A DNA stretch of 64,000 bases from a virus. Its lineage: Duplodnaviria > Caudoviricetes. A program made the translations under genes and the position numbers. Shown piece after piece: positions 28,989-38,591 of the stretch; position 1 is the stretch's first letter, and every line of letters begins with the position of its first letter. The notes under the pieces were generated by a model. That model made no database searches, was not told the DNA's origin, and saw only the letters and a program-made list of their open reading frames with translations. Location of the stretch: the IMG/VR virus record IMGVR_UViG_2545824562_000002, positions 1,261 to 65,260 of that record; one strand, written 5' to 3'.

Positions 28989-29474
28989 TCACTCCTTCAG
29001 CGGTTCGAGCGATGCCAACTTTCGCTGCACAAGCTCCTCTGCGTGCCTGCGTGGCACCACATAGGCCGGACCGCCCCGGCGGCGCAGCTCGCCCTCATCC
29101 ATGTAGGATCGCATCGGGTAGATCTGAAGAGTCACTGGATTTGGGTTAGCTGCAACCAGATCCCCTGCAGCTGGCTGGTCGGTATCGTCGCCAGCCTCGA
29201 TCACCGTCGGCCCGCTCTGGCCATCACCTACCGATGCCCCTGCGGCGACGCCCAATCCGCCCCCCGATTCTTCCGGTGCTTCTGGCGGTGTCTGCTCTGC
29301 GCCCGAGACTGAATCAGTTGCGGGAGCGCTCGCCTCGCCAGGATTTGGCGAGGCGGCTTCACCAGGCGAGAGGGACAACGCTCCATCTTGAGGCTGGCTG
29401 GCGCTCGACTCAGTGGTCGAGGCAGTATCCTTCGGTTCAACCGTGGACTCTGGTTTTTCCTGTTTACGTGCCAT
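28989..29474 (-). CDS. Low-complexity head-associated hypothetical protein
   Basis: Disordered N-terminus; RSYMDEGELRRRGG..Y.V..RHAEELV C-terminus; follows the capsid gene. Confidence 0.7.
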   Translation of the reverse strand: MARKQEKPESTVEPKDTASTTESSASQPQDGALSLSPGEAASPNPGEASAPATDSVSGAEQTPPEAPEESGGGLGVAAGASVGDGQSGPTVIEAGDDTDQPAAGDLVAANPNPVTLQIYPMRSYMDEGELRRRGGPAYVVPRRHAEELVQRKLASLEPLKE

Positions 29475-29521
29475 GGAAATACTCCTGTAGGGCGCCATTC
29501 CTGACGCCCCAGCGCAAGGAA

Positions 29522-30709
29522 TTAAGGAGTGATCAGCGGACCAGTAACGAACGCTTCATCGCGGTAGATGGCGAAGGCCAGGCGCTCTTCAGCACGAATC
29601 GTTGCCATATTCTTCTCGAAGTCATCACTGTTCTCGGTCGAGATCAGCACTTCGATTTCCATGCGGTCGAAGATCTGGGCGCCAAGCTTGAACGCGCCGA
29701 CGAGGAAGTCGTTCTGTGTCATGGCCTGGGTCGAAACCACAGGGCGATTCCAGAGCTTCGCGTTGGTGCCTTCCTGTGGCTGGCCGATGATGTAGCGGCC
29801 TTCCCCATCCTTAGTCAGCTCAATAGCGGCCCAGTCGATCGGGTTGAGCACGATGCCGTCGGATGGGAATTCGGCCAGTTCGGCTTGCAGCAGCGCCAGG
29901 CGCAGGCGGTCAATGCGCTGCTCGCCCACTACGGCTACCCCAGCCGGGGCGGCGTACAGTTGAGCAACGGTCATAAGGCCTTGCAGGTTCACGCCGGTGC
30001 CATTGCCATAAAGCAGCTGAGCTTCTTCCGCCATGTTGAGTCCATAGCGTGCACGACCGTCGATATAGCTCTGGAGTGCCTTGGCATCGTCCAGCATCTG
30101 GCGGCTGGCTTTGAACAAGTGGGCGATGGTCCGCACGTTCGCAGTGGTCAGGCCGAACGTCAGGTCGGAATACGGCTTGGCCGTGGTCTCCGCCACAGTC
30201 CGGGCGTTGTTGGTGAAGCCGGTTTCACGCACGTACTCGATGGAGTTCGATTCGGTGGTGCCCGGTGCAACCAGGTCGCGTACGGTCAGTCGGCGTTGAG
30301 GCGGGGCAATGATCCCCGGCAAGCGCTGGGTCTGCACCAGGTCACCGCCGGTTGCGGTGGTGATCGCCGCGCGCGGCACGGAGACACGACGAGAGCCGCG
30401 GAAGGACGAGTTCATGTCCTTCATTTCTTCGCTTTCAATCACGAGAGCGCCTACCGATTTCTGCGGCTCTTCCTGATGGTTGCGATCCCGACTTGCATTT
30501 ACAAGCTTTTGCTCGGCCTCGCCCAGGCGGGCCTGCAGCTCGCCCTGCTTGGTCAGCAGTTCATCGACCTTGGCGCGGGTTTCGGTATTCATTTCACCGG
30601 AAGCCTTGATTTGCTTCTCGGTCGCCTCGGCCTGGCTTTTGATCTGATCACCAATGCCCTTGAGGCTGGCGTTGAGTTCCTTGACTTGGGCTTCAAAGTC
30701 CATGGTCAT
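29522..30709 (-). CDS. Major capsid protein, HK97 fold
   Basis: 395 aa with N-terminal coiled-coil delta domain; IAHLFKASRQMLDD; FEKNMATIRAEERLA. Confidence 0.96.
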   Translation of the reverse strand: MTMDFEAQVKELNASLKGIGDQIKSQAEATEKQIKASGEMNTETRAKVDELLTKQGELQARLGEAEQKLVNASRDRNHQEEPQKSVGALVIESEEMKDMNSSFRGSRRVSVPRAAITTATGGDLVQTQRLPGIIAPPQRRLTVRDLVAPGTTESNSIEYVRETGFTNNARTVAETTAKPYSDLTFGLTTANVRTIAHLFKASRQMLDDAKALQSYIDGRARYGLNMAEEAQLLYGNGTGVNLQGLMTVAQLYAAPAGVAVVGEQRIDRLRLALLQAELAEFPSDGIVLNPIDWAAIELTKDGEGRYIIGQPQEGTNAKLWNRPVVSTQAMTQNDFLVGAFKLGAQIFDRMEIEVLISTENSDDFEKNMATIRAEERLAFAIYRDEAFVTGPLITP

Positions 30710-31563
30710 TTTCCTTTCAGAGAATTTAGGAGATTGGTTGCCGCGCTCAGAGAGGCGGAGAGGTCTGGCGCGACAGCGCTGGGCTTATCGGTCGAGGCAG
30801 CGTGACGCGTGCCTCCGCCAGCAGCGCGAGGCATGCTGGACTTGAAACTGGCAAACAGTTCGCGCCGCTCGGAGCGAGGCATACCGGCCTTTGCAAGGGC
30901 TACATCCATGGCCTTGAGTGCATTGTTCTGGGCGGCGTCTTCGGTTTCGCGTTCGGTGACTTCGCTGGAAGACAACAGCCCAGTGGCCAGGCCAAGCTCC
31001 ACGGCGCGCTTGCCACGGATATAGGTCTCGTCATCCATCAGTTCGGCCATGTCCTCTGCGGACTGCCCGCTGGTCTCGGCATAGAGGTCGGCCATCGCCG
31101 CATCGAACTCCTCCATGTCGTTGGCTATGTCGCGGAGGTAGTTGCGATTGCCTGCGAGCCAAGTCCAGCAGTTGTGGATCATGAGGAAGGCGCTGGTGGC
31201 CACCTCTCGCTTCTTCCCAGCGAGGAAAACAATCGAAGCAGCGCTGGCCGCCATGCCGAGCACCTTGGTGGTGACCTGATGACTGTGCTCTTGCAGTCGG
31301 TTGTAAATGGCAATGCCTTCAAACATGTCGCCGCCTGGCGAGTTGATGTAGACGGTCACATCTCGCTCACCGATGGCGCGCAGCGCGGCATCGATCCGCT
31401 TCAGCGTAACGCCCTCCCCGTACCAGTCTTCACCAATCACCCCGTACACCGTGATGGTGTCCGAGGTGTTTTCAACGGCCGCCTGGATCGCGGGATTCCA
31501 TTTGTCGAGCGCGCGCGGGCTCATCTCGCTGCGCAGGCCGCGAGACTGGATCTTGTGTTTCAT
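30706..31563 (-). CDS. ClpP-type prohead protease
   Basis: INSPGGDMFEG, GMAASAAS, FLMIHN. Confidence 0.93.
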   Translation of the reverse strand: MKHKIQSRGLRSEMSPRALDKWNPAIQAAVENTSDTITVYGVIGEDWYGEGVTLKRIDAALRAIGERDVTVYINSPGGDMFEGIAIYNRLQEHSHQVTTKVLGMAASAASIVFLAGKKREVATSAFLMIHNCWTWLAGNRNYLRDIANDMEEFDAAMADLYAETSGQSAEDMAELMDDETYIRGKRAVELGLATGLLSSSEVTERETEDAAQNNALKAMDVALAKAGMPRSERRELFASFKSSMPRAAGGGTRHAASTDKPSAVAPDLSASLSAATNLLNSLKGK

Positions 31564-31579
31564 GGATTACTCCCGAGAT

Positions 31580-32884
31580 TTACTGTTCCGACTGTTGCAG
31601 CCAGTTCATCAGAGCGGCCCTTGCGGCCTGGCTATCGTTTTGCTTGCCCAGCTGGTCAAGTGGCACCAGGTTGGATTGCACGGTCAGTACATCGCCACCC
31701 GGCATGCTCGGAAGGTTTTCTTTCCGCCGACCCTCGTTTCGGGTCATGTAGCCGTTCTGCCCCATCGTGCTGAGATAAGCCGCACGGCCTGCGCTGTCCG
31801 CACGCAGGAACGCTTCGAGTGAGTACTCGGCATAGAACTTGATCCGATCCACCGCCGTCATGCACCACTTGTTCACGCACTGCTCGATCGGCGCCGTGAA
31901 GGACATGATGCAGTACGTGAGAAACGCGATCTGCTGTTGCTCCAGGCCGGTGCCCCAGTTGCTGCCCTTGTCGGTCTTCATCACCATCCAGGGCGGAACG
32001 CCGAACCATCGGCAAATCTCCTCGATGCTGTGGCCTCTCGACTCCAGCAGCTGTGCATCGGCAGGGTTGATGCCGATCATCTCCGGTTTCACGCCCTGCT
32101 CAAGCACTGGACTCTTGCCGGCATTCAACGCCCCGGAGATCGTCTTTACGTACTCGCGAAACTCGACGCGCTGAGCCGGGTTGAGCGTCTTGTCTACCGA
32201 AAACGCGACCGTCGGCATCATGCCGTTCCGGAAGGTGCTGTTGGCGGCATCGTCAGCAGACATCGCCGAACCGAACACATCAGCACCGTACCGAATCGCA
32301 GAAAGGCCAACTCGCCCATCCAGGGTGAAGGCAGGAATGTGAAGCATGTCCTGCCGCTTGATCTCTCGGCGGGCTCCCTTTCGGGGCCTGAAGAAATACC
32401 TGAGTCGTCCATCGTCGTCGAACTCAGGGTCGACTCTCGACGGCATCAGGAAGTCCAGGGCGATGACACGCCCAGCAGAGCGATGGATCTCGCAGTAGGC
32501 GTTACCCCACAGCAGCATCGAGGCGACGACTGCCTGCCAGAAATGGAAGGCAGCCATGTCTTCATTGGGGCTGTTGTGGACAACGTCGTACAGCGGGAAA
32601 TCGCGGGCACTCTCTCGGCTACCATCGGGCATCCTCCGGTAGATGCTCAACGGCAAGCCGGCTACAGAGGTCGAGATGATGCGGACGCATGCCCACACGG
32701 TGGACAAGCGCATGGCCTTGTCGACGCTGACTGACTTACCACTACTGGACTGGGCGCCGTTAAAGGCACTCCAGAAACCTCCATCCGAAAGCTTGATAGT
32801 CTTACCCAGCCATTCACTCATACTGGCTGAAGGCTTGGTAGCAGCAGCGCCTAGGGCCTGGGATAAGGTTTTAATCACTGACAA
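31580..32884 (-). CDS. Portal protein, HK97 family
   Basis: STVWACVRIIS, LLWGNAY, EICRWFGVPP. Confidence 0.95.
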   Translation of the reverse strand: MSVIKTLSQALGAAATKPSASMSEWLGKTIKLSDGGFWSAFNGAQSSSGKSVSVDKAMRLSTVWACVRIISTSVAGLPLSIYRRMPDGSRESARDFPLYDVVHNSPNEDMAAFHFWQAVVASMLLWGNAYCEIHRSAGRVIALDFLMPSRVDPEFDDDGRLRYFFRPRKGARREIKRQDMLHIPAFTLDGRVGLSAIRYGADVFGSAMSADDAANSTFRNGMMPTVAFSVDKTLNPAQRVEFREYVKTISGALNAGKSPVLEQGVKPEMIGINPADAQLLESRGHSIEEICRWFGVPPWMVMKTDKGSNWGTGLEQQQIAFLTYCIMSFTAPIEQCVNKWCMTAVDRIKFYAEYSLEAFLRADSAGRAAYLSTMGQNGYMTRNEGRRKENLPSMPGGDVLTVQSNLVPLDQLGKQNDSQAARAALMNWLQQSEQ

Positions 32885-33032
32885 GCCCTCTGCGTATGAA
32901 GCCAGCGATGCAGAAGAAGCTCAGCGATCCGGCCAGCAAAGCCCAGCCAGTACCAGCCAGCATCCAGACCCCGCTGCATGCCAAGCAGAAAGCGACCACT
33001 GCGCAGGCGATGAAAATATGAAATGCGTTCAT
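32871..33032 (-). CDS. Small 2-TM protein between terL and portal (not in the ORF track)
   Basis: MNAFHIFIACAVVAFCLACSGVWMLAGTGWALLAGSLSFFCIAGFIRRGLVSD; ATGA overlap with the terL stop. Confidence 0.65.
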   Translation of the reverse strand: MNAFHIFIACAVVAFCLACSGVWMLAGTGWALLAGSLSFFCIAGFIRRGLVSD

Positions 33033-34708
33033 GCGATCAGTGGGTCCCGAATTCCAGCCATGAAGTTATCCATTCCCCCGCGCCCCTCAGGATTGAGGCT
33101 GATCAGAGAAACGGCGTTGAATGTAGCCATCAGCGGGTCGATCTTTGCCGTGCCCGAGGCCTGCTTGGTGATCAGGAAGGCGTTCGCCGAGGGCACCCCT
33201 TTGGCGTTGCCGCATGACCAGGCCATAAGCGGCTGGCCGCAGTGCAACAAGGTGCCCTCGGCGAGCTTCCGTTCAGTGGTCTTGATTGCACCGGTAAGCT
33301 TCCAGCCTTGGGAAATACCAACGATCTTGTCTTCTTCAACGTTTGCGTCGGCCAGAGCATCAAGAACGGCGCCGATCCCTGCCGGGTCGAGCCCCACCTT
33401 ATCCAGCAATCCAGTTGCATTGACGCGGGCAACAATTGCTGCGAACTGCTCCACGTCATCACCGATACGCTCGACAATCGTCAGGTCGCCGGCTTTTTCC
33501 AAATCTCTGAGGCGTGGTGCCTCAGATTTGCGCCGCTCTAGGACAGAGGGGTGGGCCCACGCGTGAGCCCAGTGGAACCATCTTCGAGTACCAGCCTCCC
33601 GCCCAATCACCGCAAGACCGAGCAAGTCATCCAAGCCACCACCGTCTCCACCAACATCGATTACCTCGCACCGCGTGAGGATTTCATCAAGGCTGAGCCA
33701 GCTGGTACCTTGAGGCTCCCAGAACTCCGCACCGACCCAGGCGTCGGACATCAGTGCTAGGCCGATTTCGATATTGAGATGCTTGGCCAGGAAGCCTCGT
33801 AGCTCAGCTTCGCCGTCCAGTTCAGCCTGCATAAACAGGCGCTCAAGCGTAGGCCGGTCAACCGAGTAGTCGATGTTCGGATTGACCAGGTGGAAGTTCT
33901 CAGGCTTCCGCGCCTCGCCGCTCTTGATCATCTCTTGAGAGAACTCATAGATGATCGGCAAGAAGCGGTTGTCGTCGATCCGGCCATCACGCACGCCGCG
34001 TGCGTAGTTGAGCTTGGAACGGAACACACCAGCCGGCGGCTCGTTTGACTGGGTCGTCAACCAGATGATGAAGCCTTCAGGTCGCGACAGCAGACCGCCA
34101 GTAGCCTCCCGGATCATGTCAGCGGCTTTGGGGTTCTTGCCGAATAGCCAGGCCTCATCGATCAGGACGCCGACCGCCTTCTTGCCGCCAACCACGTCGC
34201 TATCCGCAGCCACCACCTTCAAGGTGGCGCCCGTCTCACGATGAGTGATCAGCCGCAGGTGCGGCTGGACATGCAGCAGCGCTTTCAGCTCGTCGTCATT
34301 GTTGACCATGTCCTTGGCCGGGATGAACGAGTTGTCGGCAATCTCCTTGGTCGGCGCCAGAATGATGAACTCAGCCGACAGGCGCCAGTTGCGAATCAGC
34401 GCCGTTAGCATGATCCCGGCAGCAATCGTGGATTTACTGTTTTTTTTCGGGATGCAGAGCATCACCTCTCGAATCAGACGCTCGCCGGTCTCGCTGTTGT
34501 AGCTGCCGAAGATGGCCCCGGCAAACGCCAAGACCCAAGGTGCGCACGCGGCCTCAATGGTGGGGCTACCGGGAGCATCGACAATCTTCAGCCCCTTGAA
34601 CACATCGAGGCCGGCTTCAGCTTCGTCTGGAAACAGCGGCTCAGGGATGATTGATTCGCCCGCAGCCAGGCACCTCCACCAATCCGGGCAGGCCGTTGTC
34701 CATTGCAT
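33029..34708 (-). CDS. terL: Terminase large subunit
   Basis: Walker A IPKKNSKST, Walker B VLIDE, DGGGLDDLLG, KIDPLMA. Confidence 0.95.
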   Translation of the reverse strand: MQWTTACPDWWRCLAAGESIIPEPLFPDEAEAGLDVFKGLKIVDAPGSPTIEAACAPWVLAFAGAIFGSYNSETGERLIREVMLCIPKKNSKSTIAAGIMLTALIRNWRLSAEFIILAPTKEIADNSFIPAKDMVNNDDELKALLHVQPHLRLITHRETGATLKVVAADSDVVGGKKAVGVLIDEAWLFGKNPKAADMIREATGGLLSRPEGFIIWLTTQSNEPPAGVFRSKLNYARGVRDGRIDDNRFLPIIYEFSQEMIKSGEARKPENFHLVNPNIDYSVDRPTLERLFMQAELDGEAELRGFLAKHLNIEIGLALMSDAWVGAEFWEPQGTSWLSLDEILTRCEVIDVGGDGGGLDDLLGLAVIGREAGTRRWFHWAHAWAHPSVLERRKSEAPRLRDLEKAGDLTIVERIGDDVEQFAAIVARVNATGLLDKVGLDPAGIGAVLDALADANVEEDKIVGISQGWKLTGAIKTTERKLAEGTLLHCGQPLMAWSCGNAKGVPSANAFLITKQASGTAKIDPLMATFNAVSLISLNPEGRGGMDNFMAGIRDPLIA

Positions 34709-35189
34709 AGGTCAATTCTTCACTACGGAGAGGGGGGGGCTTGCCTTGGGAGTACTTCCCTTTACCGACCTGTTTGGCGGCCTCGGCCTTCTGCTCTTTC
34801 TTGCCCTGGTCGGCAACCTTGCCGTGCACATAAGGCATCAGCGTCTTGGCCGCTTCCAGTCGCATACGCATGTCGGCGCCTTCGGCGTTCATCAGCTCAG
34901 TAAGGAAGGCTCGCGGGTCGTCGGTCTCTGTGAGAGACACCTCGCCGGGCTGCTCGATTTCTGGCTGTTCAGCTTTAACTTTTCGCGTAGGTTTAACTTC
35001 GGTGCTGGTTGCCTGCTTTTGCTTCAGGCGCCGCCCGACCTCTGCGAGCACGTCGGGGTCCTTGGCTAGCTTGGAGCCCGCTTGCGAAGCGGTCTTCTCC
35101 GAATATCCGGCAGCAATCGCCGCCTCACGATTTGTGGCCCCCGACAGCAAAGCGTCAACAAACCGCCGCTTCTTGTCGGTTAAAGCCAT
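34641..35189 (-). CDS. terS: Terminase small subunit (C-terminus possibly extended by a homopolymer slip)
   Basis: LTDKKRRFV...AAIAAGYSEKTASQAGSKL. Confidence 0.9.
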   Translation of the reverse strand: MALTDKKRRFVDALLSGATNREAAIAAGYSEKTASQAGSKLAKDPDVLAEVGRRLKQKQATSTEVKPTRKVKAEQPEIEQPGEVSLTETDDPRAFLTELMNAEGADMRMRLEAAKTLMPYVHGKVADQGKKEQKAEAAKQVGKGKYSQGKPPPLRSEELTYAMDNGLPGLVEVPGCGRINHP

Positions 35190-35346
35190 AGTTAACTTTT
35201 CCTGAAACGGGAAAAAATGTGTACGTGGGGTCGGTGGCGGTCTAGCTAGATGAGAACCCCTAGCTTTTGACCCCCTACCCATTTAGTGGCACGTCACTGG
35301 CGTGCTTCTAGGCCACCGTGCTGGGTTTCGGCGATCCGCTGACGTG

Positions 35347-35685
35347 TCAGCCACCCAGCCCCGCCGCCTCCTCGGCCTGCTTGACGGAGTCGTGGCAAGG
35401 CTTGCAGAGGCTCTGCCAGTTAGCCTGATTCCAAAAGAGAACCATGTCTCCACGGTGAGCAACGATGTGGTCCACAATCCTTGCCGCAGTTGTGCGGCCG
35501 TTCTGCTCGCAGTAGACGCACAGCGGGTTGTCTCGCAGGTACTGATCTCGCGCTTTCTGCCATCGGTAGTCGTAGCCACGCTGGGAGCTGGTCATGCCAC
35601 TTCGCCAACTACCAGGTGTGACCACCTTGACCCGCGATCCTGCGCTCTCCTTGATGCGGGAGCCGAGCGTCTTGAGCCTGGCCAT
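35347..35685 (-). CDS. HNH endonuclease (terminase-associated, gp74-like)
   Basis: RGYDYRWQKAR, PLCVYC, VDHIVAHRGD, NWQSLCKPCHD. Confidence 0.92.
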   Translation of the reverse strand: MARLKTLGSRIKESAGSRVKVVTPGSWRSGMTSSQRGYDYRWQKARDQYLRDNPLCVYCEQNGRTTAARIVDHIVAHRGDMVLFWNQANWQSLCKPCHDSVKQAEEAAGLGG

Positions 35686-35879
35686 CAGCCTTTCGACTCG
35701 GTGATCAGGCGCACGATGTCATCAGCCCGCTGCTTAACCCCCAGCACCTGACCGTCGAACATGCGAACGATGGCGCAGATGCCGTGCCACTGACTGCTGG
35801 CGCAGGCTTCGTCCACACGAGCTATGGCGGCGGGAGCTAGGTAACGCTTGAGGCCGTTGATGTCGGTCAATGTGATCAT
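35685..35879 (-). CDS. Phage hypothetical protein
   Basis: 64-aa ORF coupled between holin and HNH. Confidence 0.65.
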   Translation of the reverse strand: MITLTDINGLKRYLAPAAIARVDEACASSQWHGICAIVRMFDGQVLGVKQRADDIVRLITESKG

Positions 35880-35883
35880 CTAC

Positions 35884-36207
35884 TTACCCCTGAGCCTTGC
35901 GAGATAGGAACAGGTCGGAGTAGCCGCGAAGCTTCTCCACACCCATGAAGCCGACCATACCGCCGGCGAAGGTGGCCATGCCTTGCGGCAAGCCCATCCA
36001 TTCGAGCAGCGGTACCAGAGCCAGGGTGATGAGGCCGCACAGGGCGCCTTCCAAGAACATCTGTCGTCGGGTGCCTCCGCCATACACCACCCGGAGGACG
36101 GCTATCGCGACGGACAAGCCAGCAGCACCCAGTTGAGGCTGATGGGCCAGCACCCAGGTGAGCACAGCGGCCCACAGGCCAGGATCCTTCTCGGGCATGT
36201 TTGGCAT
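35884..36207 (-). CDS. Holin, lambda-S family
   Basis: MPNMPEKDP start, three TM segments, GGMVGFMGVEKLR. Confidence 0.88.
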   Translation of the reverse strand: MPNMPEKDPGLWAAVLTWVLAHQPQLGAAGLSVAIAVLRVVYGGGTRRQMFLEGALCGLITLALVPLLEWMGLPQGMATFAGGMVGFMGVEKLRGYSDLFLSRKAQG

Positions 36208-36239
36208 CTCGATTCCTCCCGTTGCGGGGAGTGGCTGTG

Positions 36240-36264
36240 AAAAAGCCCGCTTCATCAGCGGGCT
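36240..36264 (-). terminator. Terminator between the beta-helix gene and the holin
   Basis: Minus strand AGCCCGCTGATGAAGCGGGCTTTT. Confidence 0.7.
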
Positions 36265-36276
36265 CAGTGAAACAAA

Positions 36277-38109
36277 CTAGAAGTTGGTAGGTGCCCAGGT
36301 ACCGGGCGTGCCTGCCGCGGTACAGGTCTGCTCACGCACAGAACCTGCTACCCCAGTAGGAGTGATGTTCTTGATGCGGTCACCACGCTTGTACGTGCCG
36401 AGTGTCGGAGCAACACCGGATCCCCAGAAGTCCGCAGGCTCCCAGCTGTTTTCACTGGACAGGTTGCGCGAAGTGCCTGCCGATAGATACGGGGTAGTTA
36501 CTCCAGTTCCCACAATGTTGCCATGAATACGGTTCAGTGCAGCCGCTGAGTACAAGCCTCGGCTAATGCCCGAAATTTCCGAAACAGTGTTGTCCACCAT
36601 CACAACTTCTTGCGCTGGCGCGGTGTTGGCAAAAATGCCGTAGTTCACTGTGTTTTTGGTTACGCAACGGGAAATACGCACCTTGCCGGTACAGGAGGAG
36701 AGGTTGATACCTTCACCGCCGCAAGCCTCGACGTTTGCAGTGATGTTGACGTCAGTGCAGCCCGTGACGTGCACACCGATACGGCCGCAGTTCTTGATTC
36801 GCGCCTTGGCGATGGTCAAGTCCTGGATGCTGGTGCACGAAATACCGTATTCATCGCTCTTGTCAGAGTAGGCGGCCTCTACTGTACAAACCTCGATATT
36901 ACGAAGACGCACAACACCGGTGAGGTTCACACCGACGTTTGCCTGGTTATCTTGGCCTTTTGAGTTGGTACAGTGCACGGATTCGATAGTAGCCATAGGA
37001 ACTGACTCAGCCGGGGTAGAGCCAGTCACTTCGATCACCGGAATGTTGCAATCAATAGTCCGGATCTGCCCAATCGACACGGTACAACGAACCGGCCCAG
37101 TGGACGATGGTGAAATATTGATACCGCCTACGCAGTTTTCAAAACGACCCTTGAGCGCAGTGAATTCCTTCAGCGAGGATTTGCCACGCAGTGGGATGCT
37201 GTAGCAATCGATCGCGCGGACATCTTCAACGAAGAGGTTCTCTCCGTTACCATAAACATCGATGCAGCCGATACCATTTAGTGGAGTTGCCCAACTACCG
37301 TCGTAACCCGGCCCCCCGCGACCCATGCGGCGTAAGTTAGTCCTGCCGGTCAAGGTAATGGAACACTGGCCGGATGTCAGTGGATCACGACCGACGTAGG
37401 TGCCAAGAATCGCAGTTACCGAATACTTCCCCGTGCTGATTGGCTTTTCAAAATCGGCCCAGAAGTTATGGCAACTCAGTTGCACATAATCGGCACACAA
37501 AATGTAGTTCGGCGAATAGCCCAGCGCAGTTTGCGTGTTCGGGTCATCTCGGCCGGTACCGTAGCGTGTGGCGTGGAAGAAGCAATCAACGACTGAAACC
37601 AAGGTATTGAACTGGCGAGCCATATCAGTACCTCGCAGGCAGAGATAGCCGGAAGTACCATTACGGAAAGTGCCGCCCGAAATCTTGAGCTTGGTGTCAT
37701 CTTGCGGCTCTAAGGACTTAGGCATGCACTTTACAAAGAAACCTGTAGGTTCCTTTTTGATCATAGAGGCTTCGTTGCCATCGTAGGTCCATTGGCCCAG
37801 GAACTCCACATTCAGGCCTGGAGCACCCAACTCAAATACTGCAGCTCCATTCGACCAATAGGATGTGCCCTCGCCATCAAAGTTTGCCAATCGCTGGATG
37901 ACCGTACCTACTTGGAAGTGAATGCGGCAGTTGGCCAAGATCTGCACAGAGCTGATGATGTACGTTTGGTTGCCGGTGAATTCAATTTCACCCCCGACAC
38001 GTACAGCCTCAGCTACAGCTGGGGTCCAATTCCAGGTATTTGGATCAGCGATATTCGGCTTTGATGTAACGAGGTTGGCATAATCCCAGATGTTGATAGC
38101 AGTAGTCAT
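36277..38109 (-). CDS. Right-handed beta-helix (pectin lyase/GH28-like) putative depolymerase
   Basis: Repetitive I-x-N/C-x-x-x-G-I pattern; C-terminal APTLGTYKRGD...CTAAGTPGTW. Confidence 0.75.
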   Translation of the reverse strand: MTTAINIWDYANLVTSKPNIADPNTWNWTPAVAEAVRVGGEIEFTGNQTYIISSVQILANCRIHFQVGTVIQRLANFDGEGTSYWSNGAAVFELGAPGLNVEFLGQWTYDGNEASMIKKEPTGFFVKCMPKSLEPQDDTKLKISGGTFRNGTSGYLCLRGTDMARQFNTLVSVVDCFFHATRYGTGRDDPNTQTALGYSPNYILCADYVQLSCHNFWADFEKPISTGKYSVTAILGTYVGRDPLTSGQCSITLTGRTNLRRMGRGGPGYDGSWATPLNGIGCIDVYGNGENLFVEDVRAIDCYSIPLRGKSSLKEFTALKGRFENCVGGINISPSSTGPVRCTVSIGQIRTIDCNIPVIEVTGSTPAESVPMATIESVHCTNSKGQDNQANVGVNLTGVVRLRNIEVCTVEAAYSDKSDEYGISCTSIQDLTIAKARIKNCGRIGVHVTGCTDVNITANVEACGGEGINLSSCTGKVRISRCVTKNTVNYGIFANTAPAQEVVMVDNTVSEISGISRGLYSAAALNRIHGNIVGTGVTTPYLSAGTSRNLSSENSWEPADFWGSGVAPTLGTYKRGDRIKNITPTGVAGSVREQTCTAAGTPGTWAPTNF

Positions 38110-38480
38110 GGTGCATCCTTATATTAGCCGAGCCGAGAGTCGGCCTAGCTTGACGAAATAAATCAGTATCGAAAGTGCAAATCATCAACACTGACAATAA
38201 GCACCAACTGATATTGATCTATAGAATGAAGATAACTGCCCGCATCGCCAAACCGCTCAGCACTGCGTACTTCGCGGTGCGACACAGACAATAAAAATTT
38301 CTTGCATAGCTTTACTGTGGCGGCCCTCAGGACATCCACATAAGACACAGCATCGACGAATTTTCGTTAGTTGAGGCGACTGAGAAGTGAGAGGTCTTGT
38401 TTAGAATGTTCAAGTGAGTGCGTTACTACTGACTATTGAGAACAGTCCATTCGTGTCAGTGGTAAGCGTATTCCAGAAAC

Positions 38481-38510
38481 AAAAAAGCCCAGCTCAATGG
38501 CCGGGCTTTT
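38481..38510. terminator. Putative tR'-like terminator
   Basis: AAAAAAGCCCAGC-tcaatg-GCCGGGCTTTT. Confidence 0.65.
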
Positions 38511-38549
38511 GTAGTGACACTCCTCAGCAACGCGCAGGAATGACAGGAT

Positions 38550-38584
38550 GGAGATAATTTCGCTCAGTCGCCCACTGATGTCAA
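38550..38584 (-). promoter_or_regulatory. Putative late promoter (pR'-like)
   Basis: TTGACA at 38584-38579 immediately after the Q-like stop, followed by a terminator; -10 weak. Confidence 0.45.
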
Positions 38585-38591
38585 CAGGAAA

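Noticed and set aside
35190-35346. Exact cos site
   Set aside because: Expected here by synteny (HNH-terS gap), but the cut site cannot be identified from sequence alone.
38110-38480. tRNA genes or a real ORF (38163-38348) after the late promoter
   Set aside because: No cloverleaf or T-loop motif recognised; the ORF lacks a clear RBS and any motif.
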